This document shows, piece by piece, positions 27,757-33,504 of a DNA stretch of 33,504 nt (position 1 is its first letter; the number at the start of each line of letters is the position of its first letter). Under the pieces are notes generated by a model. The model saw nothing but the letters and a program-made list of their open reading frames with translations, did not search any database and had not been told where the DNA came from. Source of the DNA: Fidelibacterota bacterium (GTDB lineage Bacteria; Fidelibacterota; Marinisomatia; Marinisomatales; UBA1611); NCBI GenBank assembly GCA_038281125.1, contig JAYNUL010000001.1, positions 27,114-60,617 on the forward strand, in the 5' to 3' direction. The translations under genes and the position numbers were made by a program.

Positions 27757-30476
27757 TAAGATTACTTTTATTATTAACTTCTATTGTGTATGGCCAATCG
27801 TTGGAGGTTACCTTCCGATATGTGGCAGGACCTAATGATGATTTTACGAGGGTATTTATTCCTGGGACCATGCCAAGCGGCTCATCAAATGATTGGGGAC
27901 CAAATTCAAACGGAGTAATTAGCCCAAGTGCTCCCTCTAGAATGGACTATAACCAGTCAACTGATTCTTATGAAAGAGCATACTCACTAAATGTAGGTGA
28001 TGAGCATCAATATAAAATTCATTTTCATCATAATTCATCTGGGTCTGACTATACCTGGATACCTGATCCACTTAATCCATTAACAACAGATGACAACTGG
28101 ACCAATTCAATATTAGAAGTTACTGACCCTCTCCTATTTCAGGAAGCTCGGCACATCAACAATTCTGGAGAGGTCACCGGATTTAGTATGGGTATCTTCG
28201 CTTCAGAAAGTGTCGACTCTATACGATATTCAATTGGTGGTGACACTCTTCCAGGTACAGAGTATTATCAGGACAATGGTGTGTTGTACATTCCTTTTAA
28301 TCCACCTCTATCTGTTTACGATCCTATCTGGGTACAGGCATCTATATCTGGCTCCTGGGATACGGTTTATGATTTTGGTGCCATAGAAATTATTGAGGCT
28401 CCCATGCCAGAAGGAATTGATTTGGGTCCTACTTGGGTAAACAATTCTATGTTCCTAGCTGTCTATGCACCATCTCAACCAGTAATGAGAGTGATTGTTA
28501 ATACCCCGGAAAATTCTTCAGAAGAACCTGAAGCGTTAACCATGTACAAAGATCCAAACATCCAGGATACATGGTGGATTGAGCTAGATCTACCAAATGG
28601 TGAATACGAATACGAATACCTTCTGATTAATGGCAACAGAATTGCTGATCCCTTTTCAAGAAGGCTCACAAATGGAAAAACAAGAATAGAAATAGGTCCA
28701 GGCGGAATATCTACCGCTGATGATTTTTTATGGAGTTCGAATGACTATATTAGACCATCGTTGGATACACTTATCATCTACGAATTACATGTAGATGATT
28801 TTTCTGCTCAGGGCAATGGACAGGGAACATTTTCAGATGTTATCGATAGGCTAGATCATTTGAAAATGGCAGGAGTAAACGCGATTGAATTACTCCCTAT
28901 CACTGAATTTCCTGGTACCCATTCATGGGGCTATGACCCTCAACTTATGTCAGCAGTAGAAGAAAACTATGGAACACCCGAAGAGTTTATGAGGTTAGTC
29001 GATGAAGCGCATTCAAGAGGGATAGCAGTAATCATAGACTTAGTGTGGAATCATATTAAATCAACCAGCCCAATTTGGGAGATACAACCGGACTATGATT
29101 TAAATCCATACATCAAGCTGCATACAGATTTGAATCCAAATGAAGCAGAGGGATCCTGGGGAATGTTAGACTGGGATCATTTTAATACAAGAACTATAGA
29201 CTATATTAATAGAGTACACAAAATCTGGGTGGATGAATACAAAGTAGATGGATTTAGATTTGACGCTATGTACATGATTGGCTGGGATATGCAGCAACAG
29301 GAATACGGAATACCAGCCTGGTCAACTGCACTCAGAAACCATGACCCCACAGTCTACCAAATTGCAGAACATTTACCATCAAACCCATGGCTAATTGAAA
29401 ACACAGATTTATCCTCCGGATGGCATGATAGCTTTCATGACAGACTGCTCAATGATGTCCACGGTCAAAGTCTATCAACTATGTCCATTATGAGACAGAT
29501 TATTGGCTTGCATGAATACTCTGACTGGGGTGATCCATATAATAGCCTTACCCAAGCGGTGAAATACATGGTTAGTCATGATGAACAATCTATTTTACAG
29601 GAAATGGTAACGTTTAATAGTTATTCCATCGAAGAAGCGAGAAGTCGAGATAAGTTTTACGCAACAATACTTTTTACATCACTTGGTATTCCAATGCTCT
29701 TCCAGGGCCAAGAGTTCGGACTACAGACTGGTTGGGATGATGATAATAATAATGGTAATTATGATGATGAAAAGCTGCAATATCGCCCGGTAGATTGGTC
29801 ACTATTGGATACAGAGACTGGACAATCACACCTAGAGCATTACTCAAAATTAGCCAAACTTAGAAAATCTAATCCCGCATTTTACGAAGGGACTTTTTAT
29901 GATCTATATCGATACACAAGTCAAAAGGTTATCGTTTATGGATACAAGGACGAATCACCAAATAATAATAATGATCAAGTTGTTGTAGTGGCTAACTTTT
30001 CGTCTTTGGAAAGAACTATAGAAAATGTGCCCTTCCTTTCATCAGGGACCTGGCATGATGCATTTAGCCCCGCAAATGTAATAACAGTTGACCAAGACAA
30101 TTACTATGATGAATATTCTATTCCTGCTAAATCAGCAATTGTATTTACCAATAGAGACTACCAACTAACAATCCCCTCATCGAACGAATCACTTCCAGAT
30201 CGATTTGAGATAGTGGAGTGCTATCCAAATCCCTTTAATGGGAAATTAAATATCCGCTATCACATAAGTAACGCATCTAATATTCATGCCACCATCTATG
30301 ATTTAAGTGGGAAGGTCATCAAAAGCTTTAAATATGAACAGAAGTATCCCGGACAGCATCAACTCATTTGGGATACAAAAAACAACAACGGAGATGCAGT
30401 AGCAACCGGGTTGTATTTTGTATCACTATCGTCAGAAAATAGAACTATAAATACAAAAGTCTTGTACCTGAAATAA
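27753..30476 (+). CDS. Secreted GH13 alpha-amylase-family enzyme with N-terminal CBM48-like modules and Por/T9SS-type C-terminal domain
   Basis: Signal peptide; IYELHV, IELLP, SWGYDP, DLVWNH; catalytic triad DGFRFDA / IAEH / SHDE; C-terminus YPNPFNG...IYDLSGKVI...W...G.AVATGLYFV...KVLYLK. Confidence 0.88.
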   Translation: MIRLLLLLTSIVYGQSLEVTFRYVAGPNDDFTRVFIPGTMPSGSSNDWGPNSNGVISPSAPSRMDYNQSTDSYERAYSLNVGDEHQYKIHFHHNSSGSDYTWIPDPLNPLTTDDNWTNSILEVTDPLLFQEARHINNSGEVTGFSMGIFASESVDSIRYSIGGDTLPGTEYYQDNGVLYIPFNPPLSVYDPIWVQASISGSWDTVYDFGAIEIIEAPMPEGIDLGPTWVNNSMFLAVYAPSQPVMRVIVNTPENSSEEPEALTMYKDPNIQDTWWIELDLPNGEYEYEYLLINGNRIADPFSRRLTNGKTRIEIGPGGISTADDFLWSSNDYIRPSLDTLIIYELHVDDFSAQGNGQGTFSDVIDRLDHLKMAGVNAIELLPITEFPGTHSWGYDPQLMSAVEENYGTPEEFMRLVDEAHSRGIAVIIDLVWNHIKSTSPIWEIQPDYDLNPYIKLHTDLNPNEAEGSWGMLDWDHFNTRTIDYINRVHKIWVDEYKVDGFRFDAMYMIGWDMQQQEYGIPAWSTALRNHDPTVYQIAEHLPSNPWLIENTDLSSGWHDSFHDRLLNDVHGQSLSTMSIMRQIIGLHEYSDWGDPYNSLTQAVKYMVSHDEQSILQEMVTFNSYSIEEARSRDKFYATILFTSLGIPMLFQGQEFGLQTGWDDDNNNGNYDDEKLQYRPVDWSLLDTETGQSHLEHYSKLAKLRKSNPAFYEGTFYDLYRYTSQKVIVYGYKDESPNNNNDQVVVVANFSSLERTIENVPFLSSGTWHDAFSPANVITVDQDNYYDEYSIPAKSAIVFTNRDYQLTIPSSNESLPDRFEIVECYPNPFNGKLNIRYHISNASNIHATIYDLSGKVIKSFKYEQKYPGQHQLIWDTKNNNGDAVATGLYFVSLSSENRTINTKVLYLK

Positions 30477-30485
30477 TATAAGAGC

Positions 30486-32468
30486 ATGAGAATTATTTGC
30501 GCATTTATTGGTATTGCTCTTCTTTCCATCCAATCTTGTACTGATTCAAATGTAAATCAAAAACTCAGTTATGGTTCCTTTTTAAATCAGGATGGAATCC
30601 AATTTAAAATACATGCTCCAAGTTCCAACCAAGTTCAATTAATCATTTTTGAGAATCCAGAAGATGAAAATGGAACTGCATATGAAATGTCGCCTGATGG
30701 AAATGGTGATTGGACCGTTTTTATTAAGGGCTTAGGTGTGGGGACAATATATGGTTATAGATTGTCTGGTCCTGTCAATGAAGATAGCGTAATCATTGCA
30801 GATCCATACTCCAAAGCAGCTATTACTCAAAATACTTGGAGGCATGTTGCAAAGACCTTGGTAGTCGATGAATCTTTTGACTGGCAGGGAGATACTTGGA
30901 AAAATTTTGATCCCCTGGATCTTATAATCTATGAGGCGCATTTAAGAGACATGACGAACCATCCATCCTCTGGAGCCTTGTCTCCTGGTACCTATAAAGG
31001 GTTTATTGAAAATGATCAAAATGGTGGAATTGCACATTTAAAGAAAATGGGTGTAAACGCAATTCAATTTTTGCCTATTTGGGATTATGCAAACGTTGAA
31101 ATCCCCTACAAAGAGAGAGCCGGCGGTATGTTTAATGATTGGAACCCATATGAAAGAAATCACTGGGGATATATGCCGACTTTTTTCATGGCCCCAGAGA
31201 GTTACTATGCATCAGATGGTAACAGAAACATTGGTAGCTGGAACGGAAAAGATGGAAGAGCTGTAAAAGAGTTCAAAGAACTGGTAAGAGAATTACATAA
31301 AAATGATATTGCAGTCATTCTTGATGTGGTTATTAACCATGTTTCAAACTACGATTGGCACCCTTTAAAATTTATTGATAGAGATCTGTACTTTCATTTA
31401 GATGAAAGAGGAAATTATGTTAGCCAATGCTGTGGTAACCTATTGGATATGGATAATAAACACGTTCAGCAATATGTTATTGAAAGTCTAAAATATTGGA
31501 TGCTGGAGTATCATATTGATGGATTTAGATTTGATCAGGCTCATCTACTATCCTTAGAAACTGCTGAACTGATTTCTAGCGAACTAAGATCTCTCAACCC
31601 AGGTGTAATTATTTATGGAGAGGCCTGGGACAATCGGAGTAAAGAATTCTCTATAATAGAATGGGGATCATTCAATGCCCATTTTCGAGATGTCATTCGA
31701 GGTGATCTACATGACTTTGAAAAAAAGGGGTTTCTTTTTGGATCATATAGACCAAATGAAGACAAGAATGATTTAATGTCAATCATTTCCGGGACCTCTG
31801 AAATTAGTGGTGGTATCTATAAGAAATCACATCATGCCATTAACTTTTTAGAGGTGCACGATGATTACTGCTTCAGTGATTTTCTTAGACTATCTAGTGG
31901 CGAAAATAAAAAGGATGATCTCATTACAGATAAATTAAGCCACATTGCACTTTCTCCAAGATTAAATAAGATGAATAAACTTGCTGCATTTATTTTATTT
32001 ACTAGCCAGGGTATACCATTATTTCATCAGGGACAAGAGTGGGGGCATTCTAAAATCATAGCAGAAACAAAAGCCCCCGATTTAAATGTTCATAAAATGG
32101 ACCCAAACTCATACAATAAAGACAATGAAACAAATTGGGTTAATTGGAACGAATTAAGCCAAAATCAAGATTTAGTAGATTTTTATAAAGCTCTAATTCA
32201 AATAAGGAAAGAATATCCTCAATTAAGAAAAACTCGCCCCCAGGATATTTCATTTTACAATTTCAAAAATGAATTTAGTTTGGGATATGGTTTCAATGAG
32301 ACAATGATTGCCTATATAAATGGCGATAATAAAGAAGAACTAGAGGTTATCTTACCAGATGGAATTTGGAGTTTATTGATTGGCACCTCAGATCAAACTA
32401 CCAGTGAATTGAATAATGGAAAATTTATTTTAGGACCAAAAGATGGTGTATTGTTAGTAAGAGAATGA
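30486..32468 (+). CDS. GH13 pullulanase/isoamylase-like debranching enzyme, lipoprotein
   Basis: Lipobox-like IQS-C; N-terminal CBM48 (FKIHAP...GDW...YGY...DPYSKA); IIYEAHLRD, NHWGYMP, DVVINH, DGFRFD, YGEAWD, INFLEVHD, SQGIPLFHQGQE, NSY. Confidence 0.87.
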   Translation: MRIICAFIGIALLSIQSCTDSNVNQKLSYGSFLNQDGIQFKIHAPSSNQVQLIIFENPEDENGTAYEMSPDGNGDWTVFIKGLGVGTIYGYRLSGPVNEDSVIIADPYSKAAITQNTWRHVAKTLVVDESFDWQGDTWKNFDPLDLIIYEAHLRDMTNHPSSGALSPGTYKGFIENDQNGGIAHLKKMGVNAIQFLPIWDYANVEIPYKERAGGMFNDWNPYERNHWGYMPTFFMAPESYYASDGNRNIGSWNGKDGRAVKEFKELVRELHKNDIAVILDVVINHVSNYDWHPLKFIDRDLYFHLDERGNYVSQCCGNLLDMDNKHVQQYVIESLKYWMLEYHIDGFRFDQAHLLSLETAELISSELRSLNPGVIIYGEAWDNRSKEFSIIEWGSFNAHFRDVIRGDLHDFEKKGFLFGSYRPNEDKNDLMSIISGTSEISGGIYKKSHHAINFLEVHDDYCFSDFLRLSSGENKKDDLITDKLSHIALSPRLNKMNKLAAFILFTSQGIPLFHQGQEWGHSKIIAETKAPDLNVHKMDPNSYNKDNETNWVNWNELSQNQDLVDFYKALIQIRKEYPQLRKTRPQDISFYNFKNEFSLGYGFNETMIAYINGDNKEELEVILPDGIWSLLIGTSDQTTSELNNGKFILGPKDGVLLVRE

Positions 32469-33504
32469 AATATACATATCTTTTATTACTATCTTTTTTT
32501 TTGATATGCTGTGGAGGTGAAAATTTGAGTTTTTCGAACCTTGAATGGATAAATAATCAAACAATCTATGAGGTGAACCTAAGGCAATACACCCCTGAGG
32601 GTACTTTCGCATCTTTCCGGGAGCATCTTCCAAGACTAAAAAAAATGGGAGTCGGTGTTTTATGGTTTATGCCCATCCACCCAATTGGTGAAAAAAATAG
32701 GAAAGGCATACTAGGAAGTTATTATTCTGTAAGAGATTATCTTGATATAAACCCAGAGTTTGGCACTAAGAAAGAATTTAAATCTCTTGTAGATGAAATT
32801 CATAAAATGGGGATGTATGTTATAATTGATTGGGTCGCAAATCATACGGCATGTGATAATGCTATAGTATCTGATAATCCTGATTGGTATACTAGAAATA
32901 AAAGTGGAGATTTTCAACCTCCAACAGGGACTGATTGGAGTGACGTCTATGATTTAGACTTTTCTAACCCTGATTTAAGAAGCTATATGACCAACGCAAT
33001 GGAATATTGGGTTAAAGAATTTGATATTGATGGTTTTAGATGCGATGTTGCGGGCATGGTGCCTACAGATTTCTGGGAGACCACAATAAATAAGCTAAGG
33101 TCCATCAAACCAGTCTTTATGCTAGCTGAATGGGAGGATCCAGAATTATTAAATAAAGGTTTTCAAGCAGATTACAGTTGGCAACTTTATCATATTATAA
33201 AAGATGTCTCTAATGGCAATAAAGAGGTATCGGACATTCGCGATTTTTATGAAAATCCAAAAAAGAAGTATCCTGAAGGTGCATTAAAAATGAACTTTTT
33301 AGATAATCATGATGAAAACAGTTGGAACAGAATAATGGTTCAACACTTCAAGGAGAAAGTGTATCCATTATCAACTATGTTATTCACATTACCTGGAATA
33401 CCCATGATATATTCTGGACAGGAGGCTCGATTAAATAAAAGATTAAAATTTTTTGAAAAAGATACAATCGATTGGGGTACTTTTTCAGATGAGAATTTTT
33501 ATAA
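32465..33504 (+). CDS. GH13 alpha-amylase-family lipoprotein, 3'-truncated by the window (absent from ORF track)
   Basis: My translation from ATG 32465 (ATGA overlap): MKYTYLLLLSFFLICCGG...IYEVNLRQYTPEGTF...LWFMPIHPIG...GSYYSVRDY...DWVANHT...DGFRCDVAGMVP...MLAEWE...FLDNHDEN...GIPMIYSGQE. The frame is open to the window end. Confidence 0.92.
   Translation, partial: MKYTYLLLLSFFLICCGGENLSFSNLEWINNQTIYEVNLRQYTPEGTFASFREHLPRLKKMGVGVLWFMPIHPIGEKNRKGILGSYYSVRDYLDINPEFGTKKEFKSLVDEIHKMGMYVIIDWVANHTACDNAIVSDNPDWYTRNKSGDFQPPTGTDWSDVYDLDFSNPDLRSYMTNAMEYWVKEFDIDGFRCDVAGMVPTDFWETTINKLRSIKPVFMLAEWEDPELLNKGFQADYSWQLYHIIKDVSNGNKEVSDIRDFYENPKKKYPEGALKMNFLDNHDENSWNRIMVQHFKEKVYPLSTMLFTLPGIPMIYSGQEARLNKRLKFFEKDTIDWGTFSDENFY

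Noticed and set aside
32484-32492. T9 homopolymer in the signal peptide of the last GH13 as a phase-variation tract
   Set aside because: It is in frame, encodes Phe/Leu of a hydrophobic signal, and similar runs are frequent in this AT-rich sequence.
3-32917. Short alternative ORFs in the track (e.g. 3-296, 1454-1693, 5759-6100, 15638-16024, 17588-17974, 25067-25543, 32711-32917)
   Set aside because: All overlap well-supported genes in another frame or strand and show no family motifs, so they are shadow ORFs.

Overview
Gene-dense, AT-rich bacterial window with no recognisable tRNA, rRNA, CRISPR array or mobile element. The gene content (Por/T9SS-type C-terminal sorting domains, a PorV/PorQ-like barrel, a non-SusC TonB-dependent receptor) suggests an FCB-group organism, possibly Marinimicrobia-like; this is inference only. 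The first ~7.4 kb is housekeeping-like: a 5'-truncated DUF3050-type gene, a Tat-exported glycosylasparaginase, a membrane metallophosphoesterase, a glutaryl-CoA-type acyl-CoA dehydrogenase and a ribD-ribE-ribBA-ribH operon. From ~7.4 kb to the end is a divergently transcribed alpha-glucan (starch/glycogen) utilisation locus centred on a TrmB-family regulator. The right arm (+) encodes TrmB, MalQ, a short alpha-glucan phosphorylase, a Na+/solute symporter and three exported GH13 enzymes; the last is missing from the ORF track and is cut by the window edge. The left arm (-) encodes a TonB-dependent receptor, a 1322-aa acidic CTD-bearing protein, a PorV/PorQ-like barrel and a 1093-aa non-catalytic protein of 2x4 putative glucan-binding modules, then a terminator, a PPIase lipoprotein and a GH18. 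The most notable points are a SusD-less PUL architecture (receptor + CTD protein + dedicated PorV-like barrel), two copies of a covarying 24-bp palindrome that is a candidate TrmB operator, and the internally duplicated 8-module protein containing an 89-nt perfect repeat.
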